A stretch of 64,000 nucleotides of DNA. Origin: Burkholderiales bacterium. Its GTDB lineage: Bacteria; Pseudomonadota; Gammaproteobacteria; Burkholderiales; SG8-39. The notes under the pieces are model-generated. The model saw only the letters and a list, made by a program, of their open reading frames with translations, was not told the origin of the DNA and did not search any database. The stretch covers positions 2,576-66,575 of the forward strand of contig DATIWX010000125.1 of assembly GCA_035519135.1 (NCBI GenBank), in the 5' to 3' direction. Shown one piece after another: positions 8,083 to 17,877 of this stretch; the stretch's first letter is position 1; each line of letters starts with the position of its first letter. A program made the translations under genes and the position numbers.

Positions 8083-9792
8083 ATGACTTCACGATTTTCA
8101 GGCAAGGGCGGTTTCTCGCGGCGCAACTTCGTCAAGGCCGCCGCCGCGGCGGGCACCGCGCTGACGGCGGGCGGGTCGATGCTCGGCGGCGCGCTCGCGC
8201 ACGAGGACGATCGCGACCGCGACGACTTTTCCTGCAACGGCTCCGCCGACATCGCGCTGGTGAACGGCCGCATCCTCACCATGGATGCGAAGAACCGCGT
8301 GGTCTCGGCGGTGGCGATCCGCAACGGCCGTTTCGCGGAGATCGGCCATCCCAGGGACCTCGGCCGCTGCGCGCAGGTCATCAATCTCCACGGGGCCACG
8401 GTGATTCCAGGGCTGATCGACTCGCACTGCCACTTCATCCGCGACGGCCTCAATCCCGGCCACGAGGTGCGCAGCATCGAGCTGGCGGCATCGATTCCAG
8501 AATTGCTCGGCATGATCTCCGACCGCGCGAGGACGGTGCCGCCGGGCCAGTTCATCAGCTGCGTCAGCGGCTGGAACATCAACGGCCTCGCCGAGCGCCG
8601 CCTGCCGACGGTGGCCGAGCTCGATTCGGCCGCGCCGAGAAACCCGATCTACATCAGCGAATTCGGCGGGACCAACAAGCCGGTGACCAACAGCTCGGGC
8701 AAGGCGTGGTTCACCGCGAAGGGCGTGGTCGTCAACGCCGACGGCACGCTCGCCAACGCCGGGCTCGCGTTCGCCGCGCTGCGCGCGGCCGAGATCGCAC
8801 GCGATCCGGCTTTGCCCGACCGCCTGACCACGACCCGGGAGAACATCGCCTTCGCCTCGAGCCTCGGCCTCACCATGGTCCACGACGTCGGCGGCAACGG
8901 CTTCCCGCAGGCCAACGCGGCGCAGACCAGCCTGTTCGTCGATCTCGATCCCTACGACCAGGCGCTCAGCCTGTGGCGCGCGGGCGAGCTGAACATGCGC
9001 ATCCGGTCTTTCCTCTACAGCGAGTTCGACACCTCGGCGACGCTGGACGTGGCCCGCTCCCGCATGATCAACAATCTCATCCGGCTGGGCGACGACGTGT
9101 TCCGGCTCAACGGCGTGGGCGAGCGCGTGCAGGTCAGCACCACGGCACCGGGCTTCGTCGACCATTGCAAGTTCGCCGCGCAGAACGGCTGGACGGTGCA
9201 CCAGCATTCGGTGACCGCGCAGGAAATCGCCTTTCACGTGGACGCGTACCAGCAGGGGAGCGCCGCCGCGGCGCCGGCCGGAATCGGGGCGCTGCGCTGG
9301 TCGCTTACTCACGTGAACGTCATCACCGACGATCAGATCCGGGCGCTGCGCGACATCAAGGTCGGCTGCACGGTGCAGGGCACGGCGTATACGGGCAACG
9401 CGGGCGGCACGCCGTTTCGCAGCATTCTCGACATCATGGGGCCGGCGGGCATCCCGGTCGGCGGCGGCAGCGACGCCACCAACGTCGGCCCGCTCAATCC
9501 CTGGCTGATGATGTACTTCATGGCGACCGGGAAGAACAATGCCGGCGTCGCGATCAACGCCGCGCAGAGCTGCACGCGGCTGGAGGCCCTGCGCATGTAC
9601 ACGACCGGCAGCGCCTACTTCTCCTTCGACGACGACAAGCTGGGCTCGATCGAGAGAGGCAAGCTCGCCGACGTGGCGGTCCTGAGCGACGATCCGCTGA
9701 GCGCGTCGGACAGCGCCTTCCGCAGGATCTCCTCGATGCTCACGCTGCAGGGGGGCAGGGTGGTGAGCGGGAGCCTGCACCACCGCGGCTGA
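8083..9792 (+). CDS. Tat-exported amidohydrolase-family metallohydrolase
   Basis: 569 aa. It has the twin-arginine motif 'SRRNFVKAAAAAG', the metal-binding motif 'LIDSHCHF' and a GGAGGAGG SD site upstream. Confidence 0.85.
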   Translation: MTSRFSGKGGFSRRNFVKAAAAAGTALTAGGSMLGGALAHEDDRDRDDFSCNGSADIALVNGRILTMDAKNRVVSAVAIRNGRFAEIGHPRDLGRCAQVINLHGATVIPGLIDSHCHFIRDGLNPGHEVRSIELAASIPELLGMISDRARTVPPGQFISCVSGWNINGLAERRLPTVAELDSAAPRNPIYISEFGGTNKPVTNSSGKAWFTAKGVVVNADGTLANAGLAFAALRAAEIARDPALPDRLTTTRENIAFASSLGLTMVHDVGGNGFPQANAAQTSLFVDLDPYDQALSLWRAGELNMRIRSFLYSEFDTSATLDVARSRMINNLIRLGDDVFRLNGVGERVQVSTTAPGFVDHCKFAAQNGWTVHQHSVTAQEIAFHVDAYQQGSAAAAPAGIGALRWSLTHVNVITDDQIRALRDIKVGCTVQGTAYTGNAGGTPFRSILDIMGPAGIPVGGGSDATNVGPLNPWLMMYFMATGKNNAGVAINAAQSCTRLEALRMYTTGSAYFSFDDDKLGSIERGKLADVAVLSDDPLSASDSAFRRISSMLTLQGGRVVSGSLHHRG

Positions 9793-9803
9793 GCCGGGAC
9801 GGC

Positions 9804-10289
9804 CTACTTCGCCGGGGCCGGCGGCACCAGCCGGGTGAGCTCGGCCCCGATCCTGCGCGCGAGCGCCACGCCCTCGGCGCGTCCGAGCAGGTGGATCAGC
9901 GCGTCCTCGACGCTGCGAAGCCTCTCGCGCAGCTCGAGCGGCGTGGAGCAGGCCTTGATCTCGGCGACCAGCAGGTCCGCGATCGGGCCGGCCCGGCCGC
10001 GGATCTCGGTCATCGCCCGGATCTTGATTCCCGCAAAGACGACCGGATCGTTCGCCGCGGGCGCGCGGGCGAGGCGCCCGGCCGCGGTGCCGCCGACCTC
10101 TTCCACGAACCCTTCGGTGAGCAGCAGGGCGAGGGTGCCCTCCAGCTCGCCGGGGCGGACGTAGACCGAGAGCTCCTCGGCGTCTCTTTGGCCGTCGATC
10201 AGGATCAGCAGGCGCCGCGCCCGGGCTTCGAGTCCGGCGGCGCGGTCCGCGACTTCCTGTTTCCCCTTGTCCGTCTTGCGATAGATCAA
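9804..10289 (-). CDS. Hypothetical protein (about 161 aa); start uncertain
   Basis: This is the C-terminal part of an artefactually long ORF (9804-13052) and has good GC3 bias. The candidate TTG start at 10289 overlaps the stop of the upstream ABM gene (TTGA). An alternative GTG lies at 10307. I recognise no family. Confidence 0.5.
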   Translation of the reverse strand: MIYRKTDKGKQEVADRAAGLEARARRLLILIDGQRDAEELSVYVRPGELEGTLALLLTEGFVEEVGGTAAGRLARAPAANDPVVFAGIKIRAMTEIRGRAGPIADLLVAEIKACSTPLELRERLRSVEDALIHLLGRAEGVALARRIGAELTRLVPPAPAK

Positions 10290-10573
10290 GGCGCGACGCG
10301 CTTCCACACGTGGCGTTCGCGCGATGAGAGCAGGGGCACCGCCTCGGCGACGTACTTCTTGAAGTGCGCGGTCTGCTGGTGGGCGTCGAAGGCCTTGTCG
10401 TCCGCGTACACCTCGTAGAGCAGCACCTTCGTCCGGTCCTTCGGATCGACCAGCACGTCGAACTGCCGGCAGCCCGGTTCCCTGCGCGAGTCGGCCGCGT
10501 TCTCTATGGCCTTGGCGATGAAGGCTTCGACGTTCTCGGGCTTGATGCGAAGATCGACCGACAGGACGAACAT
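10286..10573 (-). CDS. Antibiotic-biosynthesis-monooxygenase (ABM) family protein
   Basis: The start was trimmed to the ATG at 10573 ('MFVLSVDLRIKPENVEAF...'). At about 95 aa it has the size and pattern of a ferredoxin-like ABM domain ('LLYEVYADDKAFDAHQQTAHFKKY'). Confidence 0.8.
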   Translation of the reverse strand: MFVLSVDLRIKPENVEAFIAKAIENAADSRREPGCRQFDVLVDPKDRTKVLLYEVYADDKAFDAHQQTAHFKKYVAEAVPLLSSRERHVWKRVAP

Positions 10574-10628
10574 GGCGATTCCTTTCCGCAGGCGTTTGGG
10601 TGGGCGGAATGATATGCCAAAATAGCCC

Positions 10629-11984
10629 ATGACTCGGTTCGACTACGACCTCTTCGTCATCGGCGCCGGCTCGGGAGGCATCCGCGCGAGCCGCGTCTCG
10701 CGGCACCTCGGCGCCCGGGTGGCGGTCGCCGAGAACTACCGCATCGGCGGCACCTGCGTGATCCGCGGCTGCGTGCCGAAGAAGCTGCTGACCTACGCCG
10801 CGCACTACGCCGAGGACTTGGAGGACGCGCGCGGCTACGGCTGGAGCGTCGAAGGCGCGTCGTTCTCCTGGCCCGCACTGATCGAGAACAAGAACCGCGA
10901 GATCGCGCGGCTCTCCAAGGTCTACGCCGACGGGTTCGCCCGGACGGGCATCGACGTCATCGAGGACACCGCGAAGCTCGCAGACGCGCACACCGTGGAG
11001 GTCGGCGGGCGCCGCGTGACGGCGCAGAGCATCCTCGTCGCCACCGGCGGATGGCCGGTGAAGCCGGCGATCCCCGGCATCGAGCACGCGATCACCTCGA
11101 ACGAGGCCTTCGAGCTCCCCGCGCTGCCGAAACGGGTTGTCATCGTCGGCGGCGGTTACATCGCGGTGGAATTCGCCGGCATCTTTCAGGGGCTCGGTTC
11201 GGAGGTGACGCTTTCCTACCGCGGCGAGCGGATCCTTCGCGGCTTCGACGACGACGTGCGCCGCCACCTGCACGACGAGATGGGGAAGAAAGGCGTGCGC
11301 ATCCTGCTGAAGAGCACGCTGGCGAGCATCGCGCGCCGCGCCGACGGCACGCTGGAAGCCGCGGTGGACGGGAGCAGGATCGGATGCGACGCGGTGATGG
11401 TCGCCACCGGCCGCGTGCCCAACACCGCGGGTCTCGGCCTGAAGGAAGTCGGGGTCAGGCTGGACGAGGCGGGCGGGGTGGCGGTGGACCGCTTCTGCCG
11501 CAGCAGCGTCGCCAACATCTACGCGGTCGGCGACGTGACCCACCGCATCGCGCTCACGCCGGTGGCCGTTCGCGAGGGCGGGGCCGTGGCGATGACGCTC
11601 TTCGGCGGCGCGGAGACGCCGGTGGATCTCGACGACGTGTCGAGCGCGGTCTTCAGCCAGCCGCCTGTCGGTACCGTGGGCCTCACTGAAGCCAGGGCCG
11701 TGGAGAAATTCGGCAAGGTGGATGTCTACAAGGCGAGCTTCCGGCCGCTGCGGCATACGCTGTCGGGGCGGGACGAGCGCACCCTCGTGAAGCTCGTCGT
11801 CGATGCCGCGACCCAGCACGTCGTCGGCGCGCACATGGTGGGGGCGGACTCGCCGGAAATCATCCAGGGGATTGCGGTCGCGGTGAAGGCGAAGCTCACC
11901 AAGGCGCAGTTCGACGCGACGATCGGCATCCATCCGACGGCCGCGGAAGAGTTCTTGACGCTGCGGGAAAAAGCCGCGGCCTGA
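10629..11984 (+). CDS. gor: Glutathione-disulfide reductase
   Basis: 451 aa. It has the FAD motif 'VIGAGSGG', the redox-active disulfide 'GGTCVIRGCVPKK', and a C-terminal 'HPTAAEE' dimer-interface His-Glu motif. Confidence 0.9.
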   Translation: MTRFDYDLFVIGAGSGGIRASRVSRHLGARVAVAENYRIGGTCVIRGCVPKKLLTYAAHYAEDLEDARGYGWSVEGASFSWPALIENKNREIARLSKVYADGFARTGIDVIEDTAKLADAHTVEVGGRRVTAQSILVATGGWPVKPAIPGIEHAITSNEAFELPALPKRVVIVGGGYIAVEFAGIFQGLGSEVTLSYRGERILRGFDDDVRRHLHDEMGKKGVRILLKSTLASIARRADGTLEAAVDGSRIGCDAVMVATGRVPNTAGLGLKEVGVRLDEAGGVAVDRFCRSSVANIYAVGDVTHRIALTPVAVREGGAVAMTLFGGAETPVDLDDVSSAVFSQPPVGTVGLTEARAVEKFGKVDVYKASFRPLRHTLSGRDERTLVKLVVDAATQHVVGAHMVGADSPEIIQGIAVAVKAKLTKAQFDATIGIHPTAAEEFLTLREKAAA

Positions 11985-11999
11985 TGAAAAGGGGGGAAA

Positions 12000-12968
12000 G
12001 TGAATTTCCGACGCTCGGTTCCGGTCGCGCTGTCCATGCTGTGCCTTCAGGCCGGCCTTGCGGCCGCGCAGAGCTTCCCTTCGAAACCCGTCCGCGTGAT
12101 CGTGCCGTTCGCGCCCGGCGGAGCGACCGACGTGGTGTTCCGGCTGCTCGCGCCGAAATTGTCGGAGAACCTCGGGCAGCAGGCGGTTGTCGAGAACCGC
12201 GCGGGCGGCGGCTCGACCATCGGCATGGACGCCGTCGCCAAGTCCGCGCCGGACGGCTATACGTTGGGCGTCGCCAATCTTTCCTTTGCCGTCAATCCGA
12301 GCCTGATGGCGAAGCTGCCCTACGACACCGAGCGCGACTTCGCGCCGGTGAGCCTGGTCACGATCGTGCCGCTCGCGATTTCGGTGCACCCGTCGGTGCC
12401 GGCGAGATCGGTGAAGGAGCTGATCGTGCTCGCCAAAGCGAAGCCGGGCAGCCTGCACTACGCCTCGTCGGGCAACGGCAGCGCGACTCACATGGCGACC
12501 GAGCTGTTCAAGTTCATGACCGGGACCGACATCGTGCACGTCCCGTACAACGGTGGCGGTCCGGCGGTCGTTGCCGTGGTCGGCGGGCAGGTCCCGATCT
12601 ATACCGGCAGCATTCCCTCGCAGGTGCAGCACGTGAAGTCCGGCAAGCTGGTGGCCCTCGCCGTGACCAGCTCGAAGCCCGACCCGGCGCTTCCCGGGAT
12701 ACCGACTGTCGCCGAGGCCGGCGTGCCCGGCTACGAGGCGGTCGAATGGCAGGGCGTGGTCGTGCCCGCAGGTACGCCCGGCCCGGTCATCGAGCGACTC
12801 AACCGGGCGATCGTCCAGTCGGTGAAGGCTCCGGATTTCAACGAACGCCTCGTCGGCGTCGGGGCACATGCGGTGGGGAGCACGGCGGCAGAATTCGCCG
12901 ACTACCTCAAGAAGGAACTCGCCACGTGGTCGAGGGTGATTAAGGCGACGGGCATCAAGATCGAGTAG
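12000..12968 (+). CDS. Bug/TctC-family tripartite tricarboxylate transporter substrate-binding protein
   Basis: 322 aa with a GTG start and a signal peptide. It carries the family signature 'FPSKPVRVIVPFAPGGATD'. Confidence 0.9.
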   Translation: MNFRRSVPVALSMLCLQAGLAAAQSFPSKPVRVIVPFAPGGATDVVFRLLAPKLSENLGQQAVVENRAGGGSTIGMDAVAKSAPDGYTLGVANLSFAVNPSLMAKLPYDTERDFAPVSLVTIVPLAISVHPSVPARSVKELIVLAKAKPGSLHYASSGNGSATHMATELFKFMTGTDIVHVPYNGGGPAVVAVVGGQVPIYTGSIPSQVQHVKSGKLVALAVTSSKPDPALPGIPTVAEAGVPGYEAVEWQGVVVPAGTPGPVIERLNRAIVQSVKAPDFNERLVGVGAHAVGSTAAEFADYLKKELATWSRVIKATGIKIE

Positions 12969-12981
12969 GGAAGGTCGAATC

Positions 12982-14136
12982 ATGCCGTCCGGCACCTGGA
13001 TCGAGCAGTTCCCTGGCAATCTCACCTGGTCGAATGCGGCCCTCGTCACCAAGGGGATGGCGCCCTACGGCGCGGTCGCGCTGGGCGAGATCGACGCAGT
13101 CTGCGAAAGGCTGAAGGCCCGTCAGGGCGAGCCCGACGCCTGGCGCGAGGAGTGGTGCGCGCTGGCGAAGCGCCTGGAGCGCGCCGCGGACGCGGCCGCA
13201 GCCGAAGGTCGCCAGCTCACCGCGGGCAACCTCTACCTGCGCGCTGGCATGTACTACTTCACCGGGGAGCGCTTCGTCGTCCCGGGCGAGGAAAAGCGCG
13301 AGATCGGGCGCAAGGCGCTTCAATGCCAGCACGCGGGCCTCGAGCGCCGCTATCCGAACCTCGAGCGCGTGGAGGTGCCGTACGAAAAGTCCACGCTGCC
13401 CGCGCTGTTCATGAAGGTCCCGGGCGCGTCGGGCCGCGCGCCGACCGTGGTCGTATTCGACGGCATGGACAACTGCAAGGAGATGAGCGTCCTCTTCGCC
13501 GGGCTGGAATTCGCCCGGCGCGGGTTCCACACGCTCGCCATCGACGGGCCGGGACAGGGCGAGTCGCTGCGTCTGCGCGGGCTGCATGCCCGTCACGACT
13601 ACGAAGTGCCCGGTACCGCGGCCTTTGATTACGTAGCGGGTCGGCAGGAAGTGGACGCGCGCAAAGTCGTGGTCATGGGCTACAGCTTCGGCGGCTACTA
13701 CGCTTCGCGCATCGCCGCGTTCGACAAGCGCTATTGCGCGGGCGTGGCCATGAGCGCGCTGCACTGGGACCTCGCGGCGTGGCAGCGCGAGGTCAAGCGC
13801 CGGCACGAGACCGACCCGAAGACCACGCCGCAATCGACTTTTCACTTCCGCTGGATCATGGGGGCGGAGAACGCCGACGAGGCGATCGCGCGGGCCGAGC
13901 GCTTCTCGCTCGCGGGCGTCGCGCAGAAGATAACCTGCCCGTTTCTCGTCGTTCACGCCGCGGACGACAAGGTCGTGCCGGTGGCCTCCGCCCACAAGCT
14001 CTTCGAGGCGATCGGCTCACGTCGAAAAACCCTGAAGATCCTCACGGCGGAAGACGGCAGCACCTATCATGCGCAAGCCGACAACCGGCAGGTCGGGATC
14101 GACATCATCGCCGACTGGATCGGCGCGAATATCTAG
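12982..14136 (+). CDS. Alpha/beta hydrolase (2,6-dihydroxypseudooxynicotine-hydrolase-like family)
   Basis: 384 aa. It has a helical N-terminal cap followed by the nucleophile elbow 'GYSFGG', and later 'VVHAADDKVVP'. Confidence 0.85.
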   Translation: MPSGTWIEQFPGNLTWSNAALVTKGMAPYGAVALGEIDAVCERLKARQGEPDAWREEWCALAKRLERAADAAAAEGRQLTAGNLYLRAGMYYFTGERFVVPGEEKREIGRKALQCQHAGLERRYPNLERVEVPYEKSTLPALFMKVPGASGRAPTVVVFDGMDNCKEMSVLFAGLEFARRGFHTLAIDGPGQGESLRLRGLHARHDYEVPGTAAFDYVAGRQEVDARKVVVMGYSFGGYYASRIAAFDKRYCAGVAMSALHWDLAAWQREVKRRHETDPKTTPQSTFHFRWIMGAENADEAIARAERFSLAGVAQKITCPFLVVHAADDKVVPVASAHKLFEAIGSRRKTLKILTAEDGSTYHAQADNRQVGIDIIADWIGANI

Positions 14137-14233
14137 CTCGGGCGCGTCCACACGACTGGGTCGCAGCGAGCCTTTTGCCTGCGCCGCGCGCCTTATGTTA
14201 CGGTTATGCTAGTCGAACGAGCGGGAGGTTTCG

Positions 14234-14662
14234 GTGCTGCGGGAGATTCACGACGTGTTGCAGGACGACCCTTCGAGCGTGCGGCGCTGGTTCCACGACA
14301 ATTATTTCGACCTGTACACCTGGCAGAAGGGCGAGGAGCTGGTGGCGTTCGAGCTGTGCTATGGCATCCACGCCTACGAGCGGGCGCTGGCGTGGAGGCA
14401 GGGGAGGGGTTTTTTCCACGACGGCGAGCCGTCCGGGGATTTCATCGGGGCCGGCATTGCGCCCGGCGGCTCGCTCGACGCCGACCCGATCATCGCGCGC
14501 TTCAAGGCCGCGACCGGCAGGCTGCCCGAGCCGCTGCGCTTGTCGCTGGAGGCGCGGCTGCGCGAGTTCGCGCTGGACCACGCCGAAGGCTCGGCGCGCC
14601 GCACGCGCTTTCGCCGCGCCGACTGGCAGCGTACCGGCGATATTCTGAACCGGGACCGGTAG
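14234..14662 (+). CDS. Hypothetical protein
   Basis: 142 aa with a GTG start 7 nt after a GGGAGG SD site and strong GC3 bias. I recognise no family ('WFHDNYFDLYTWQKGEELVAFELCYG'). Confidence 0.6.
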   Translation: MLREIHDVLQDDPSSVRRWFHDNYFDLYTWQKGEELVAFELCYGIHAYERALAWRQGRGFFHDGEPSGDFIGAGIAPGGSLDADPIIARFKAATGRLPEPLRLSLEARLREFALDHAEGSARRTRFRRADWQRTGDILNRDR

Positions 14663-15841
14663 CTACTTCAGCATCCGCACCACCCAAGGCAGGGTCACGG
14701 TCTCGAAGATCTTGTGATCTGAAATCTCCTTGTTCCTCCCCATGTGCCCGCCCTGCGGGTTGATCCAGACTTCCTTGGGCGAGCCGGAGCGCATCAGCAG
14801 GAACACGTCTTCGACCGGCACCTGGGTGTCGCGCATGCCGTTGATGAGGAGCATGGGCGCCGAGGGTTTCTCCAGCCAGCCCGCGGTCTTCAGCGACATC
14901 TTCGGGCCGTAGGCGAGGAACTCGTCCAGGGTCTTCGCGCCGTAGATCGCCGCCCGCGCCTCGAACAGCTCGAACAGGTATTCGCGCGTCTTGACCGCCT
15001 GGGTCTGCCATTGCGGCTGGAAGTACTCGTGCACCGGCCCGCCTTGGACGACCGCGCCGCGGATGCGCTCGCGCTCGCTGTAGGCGAGCCGTGCCGCCCA
15101 GTGCCCGCCCCAGGAGCCGCCGTAGACGACGACGCGCTTCGCGTCGATATCGCGGCGCGTGGCGATGTAGTCGAGCACGCGGGTGAACTCGCGCTCGGCG
15201 CCCGGCACCACCTGGCGGATGGTCGACTGGCCGGTGCCCGGCATGTCGAAGGAGAAATAGGCGACGCCCTGCGCGAGGTAGGCGTCGTTGCGGAACGAGG
15301 CGTTCTCTTTGCGGCCGTCGAGCCCGCCGATGGTGAGGACGAGCGGGGCGGGGCGCACGTTGATGGGCAGGCGCAGGTAGCCGACGATCTCCTTGCCTTC
15401 GAAGGGAATGCGCACGATCTCGATCGGCGGGTAGGGGATCTTCGCGTAGGCGGCGAAGGCTTCCAGCGCCCGGTCGTAGGCCTTCACCTTCCCGGGAGAA
15501 TTCTCCAGAGGGAAGCGCGCGAACAGGTAGTACTCGAAGGCGTACTTGTAGTGCCTGGAGGCGGCAGCCGGGTCGGCCGTTCCGGCCTTCCCGGCGAGCG
15601 CCATGTGGCGGTCGCCGATCGCGCTCCAGGCGGAGGCCCATTCGTCGCGATCGAGGCTGTTCAGGTTCGCGAGCGCCTCGCGCACTTCGGCGGGGTCGAG
15701 CTCGGACACCGGATAGGCGTGGCGGTCGGCGCGCTCCTGCACGTCGGCCTTCAGCTCGGGCAGCGTGCGCGGTCCGCCGGATTGCGCGAAGGCGGCGAGC
15801 GAAAGCGCGGCGAACGCGAGTACGAAGAGGGGTCGCAGCAT
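14663..15841 (-). CDS. Secreted alpha/beta hydrolase (FrsA/DUF1100-like esterase)
   Basis: The start was trimmed to the ATG at 15841 ('MLRPLFVLAFAALSLAAFAQ', a signal peptide). The nucleophile elbow is 'YGGSWGGHW'. Confidence 0.85.
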   Translation of the reverse strand: MLRPLFVLAFAALSLAAFAQSGGPRTLPELKADVQERADRHAYPVSELDPAEVREALANLNSLDRDEWASAWSAIGDRHMALAGKAGTADPAAASRHYKYAFEYYLFARFPLENSPGKVKAYDRALEAFAAYAKIPYPPIEIVRIPFEGKEIVGYLRLPINVRPAPLVLTIGGLDGRKENASFRNDAYLAQGVAYFSFDMPGTGQSTIRQVVPGAEREFTRVLDYIATRRDIDAKRVVVYGGSWGGHWAARLAYSERERIRGAVVQGGPVHEYFQPQWQTQAVKTREYLFELFEARAAIYGAKTLDEFLAYGPKMSLKTAGWLEKPSAPMLLINGMRDTQVPVEDVFLLMRSGSPKEVWINPQGGHMGRNKEISDHKIFETVTLPWVVRMLK

Positions 15842-15896
15842 CGGCTTCTCCCGGGGTTCCCGCGAATCATAAGCCAACCGCGGCGGACCTTGTAGA

Positions 15897-16808
15897 ATGC
15901 CCGGCTCGGTGAAAGCCACGCGCCCTTACGCCTTCATGCTGCTCGCGCTCGCGACGCTCTTATGGGCCGGCAACTGGGTTCTCGGGCGCGGGCTGCGAGA
16001 CGTCTTCGAGCCGGCGGCGCTGAACCTGTGGCGCTGGCTGATCGCCGCGCTCGCCCTCGCGCCTTTCGCGCTGCCTGGCCTGCGCGCGCGGCTTCCCGCG
16101 ATCCGCCGCTCCGCGGGCCTGCTCCTGATGCTGTCCTTGCTCGGGGTGGCGCTGTTCCAGTGGCTGGTCTACGAGGGGCTGAAGACGACCACCGCGGTGA
16201 ACGCGGTGCTGCTCAACTCGGCGTTCCCGGCGTTCCAGCTCCTTTGCTCATGGGCGATCGAGGGCGAGCGGCCCACCCGGCGGCAGGTCGCCGGAATGCT
16301 CGTATCCCTGGCGGGCATTCTCGTCATCCTCGCGCGCGGCGAGCCCGCGAGCCTCGCGCGCCTGGAATTTCACGCGGGCGACGCGTTCATCCTGCTCGCC
16401 ATGCCGGTGTGGGGCGTGTACTCGGTGCTGCTGAGGCGCCGTCCGGCGGAGCTGGACGGAACGACTTTCCTGTTCGTGATCTCGCTCGTCGGCGCAGTGC
16501 TGCTGCTTCCGGGCTTCGCGCTCGAGGCGGTCCACGCGCCGCCGCGCTGGCCCGGCGCCGCGGGCCTCGCCGCGGTCCTGTACGTTGGACTCGCGGCTTC
16601 GGTGCTCGCCTTCATCTGCTGGAACCGCGGGGTGGCCATCGTCGGTGCCAACGCCGCCGGCTTCACCATCCACCTGCTGCCGGCGTTCGGCACGCTGCTC
16701 GCGGTACTGTTCCTCGGCGAATCCTTTCAGGCCTTCCATGCGGCGGGCATCGCCGCCATCTTCGCCGGCGTGGTGATCGCCACGCGGGCGGCGCCCGCGC
16801 GCGGCTGA
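15897..16808 (+). CDS. DMT-superfamily (EamA-like) transporter
   Basis: 303 aa and hydrophobic throughout (about 10 TM segments), with two EamA-like halves ('LLWAGNWVLGR'). Confidence 0.85.
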   Translation: MPGSVKATRPYAFMLLALATLLWAGNWVLGRGLRDVFEPAALNLWRWLIAALALAPFALPGLRARLPAIRRSAGLLLMLSLLGVALFQWLVYEGLKTTTAVNAVLLNSAFPAFQLLCSWAIEGERPTRRQVAGMLVSLAGILVILARGEPASLARLEFHAGDAFILLAMPVWGVYSVLLRRRPAELDGTTFLFVISLVGAVLLLPGFALEAVHAPPRWPGAAGLAAVLYVGLAASVLAFICWNRGVAIVGANAAGFTIHLLPAFGTLLAVLFLGESFQAFHAAGIAAIFAGVVIATRAAPARG

Positions 16809-16914
16809 AGTCCCGCGATCGGCGGCATCGCCGCGGCCCTGCGCAACACCGGCTGGGTTCGCCCGGGAATTCAGTTAGGATATCGGGGCTGGCCCCTTTT
16901 CGAGGAGGAGACCC

Positions 16915-17877
16915 ATGCATCGCTTCGTCCGTTCAGCCGCGCTCGCCCTGTTGCTCGTCTGCCCCGGCCTGGGCATCGCCGCCGACTATCCCACGCACGC
17001 GGTGAAGGTGATCTCTCCGTATCCGCCCGGGGGCACCGTCGACATCCTGGCGCGCATCATCTCGGGCTGGCTGCAGGAGAAGCTCGCACAGCCCTTCGTG
17101 GTCGAGAACAAGGCGGGCGGGGGCAACAACATCGGCACGGAGTTCGTGGTCAAGTCGGCGCCCGACGGCTACACCATGCTGCTGGTGAATCCCGCGAACG
17201 GTATCAACGCGACGCTCTACAAGAACCTGTCCTTCAATGTCGTCCGCGACATCGCGCCGGTGGCGGGTCTCATCCGGGTGCCGAACGTGATGGAGGTGAC
17301 GGTGTCCTTCCCGGCGAAAAACGTCGCCGAGTTCATCGCCTACTGCAAGGCGAATCCGGGGAAAATCAACATGGCTTCTTCGGGGAGCGGCACCTCGGTG
17401 CATCTTTCGGGCATGCTGTTCCAGTCGATGACCGGCTGCAGCATGCTGCACGTGCCCTACAAGGGGTCCGGGCCGGCGTTCGTCGACCTCATCCCGGGCC
17501 AGGTGCACGTGATGTTCGACAACCTGCCTGCGTCGATCGGCCACATCAAGGGAGGCAAGCTGCGCGCGCTCGCGGTAACCTCCACCGAGCGCTCGCCCGA
17601 GCTGCCCGATATTCCGACGGTCGCGGAGACGGTTCCCGGCTACGAGGCGACCGCGTGGTTCGGCCTGGGGATGCCCAAGGGGTCGCCGCGCGAAGCGATC
17701 GACAAGGTCAACGCCGCGGTGAACGCCGCGCTCGTCGATTCCGGGATGCTGAAACGCTTCACCGAGCTCGGCGGCAAGCCGATCGGGGGTACGCCCGAGG
17801 ACTTCGGCAAGGTCATCGTGGCCGAGACCGCGAAGTGGGAGAAGGTCGTCATCTCATCCGGTGCCAAGGCGGAGTAG
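16915..17877 (+). CDS. Bug/TctC-family substrate-binding protein
   Basis: 320 aa with a signal peptide, 'YPTHAVKVISPYPPGGTVD', and a GGAGGAG SD site. Confidence 0.9.
   Translation: MHRFVRSAALALLLVCPGLGIAADYPTHAVKVISPYPPGGTVDILARIISGWLQEKLAQPFVVENKAGGGNNIGTEFVVKSAPDGYTMLLVNPANGINATLYKNLSFNVVRDIAPVAGLIRVPNVMEVTVSFPAKNVAEFIAYCKANPGKINMASSGSGTSVHLSGMLFQSMTGCSMLHVPYKGSGPAFVDLIPGQVHVMFDNLPASIGHIKGGKLRALAVTSTERSPELPDIPTVAETVPGYEATAWFGLGMPKGSPREAIDKVNAAVNAALVDSGMLKRFTELGGKPIGGTPEDFGKVIVAETAKWEKVVISSGAKAE

Noticed and set aside
9804-13052. 1082-aa minus-strand ORF spanning gor and a Bug gene.
   Set aside because: Only its last ~161 codons (9804-10289) lie in a region not claimed by a recognisable + strand gene and show sensible composition. 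The remainder is antisense to gor and Bug and is treated as spurious.
16885-16900. GGGGCTGGCCCCTTTT after the EamA gene, and CCGGGAGCCTTCCCGG at 17919-17934 after a Bug gene, considered as intrinsic terminators.
   Set aside because: The stems are only 4-6 bp with minimal loops and weak or absent T tracts. They are not distinguishable from chance in GC-rich DNA.
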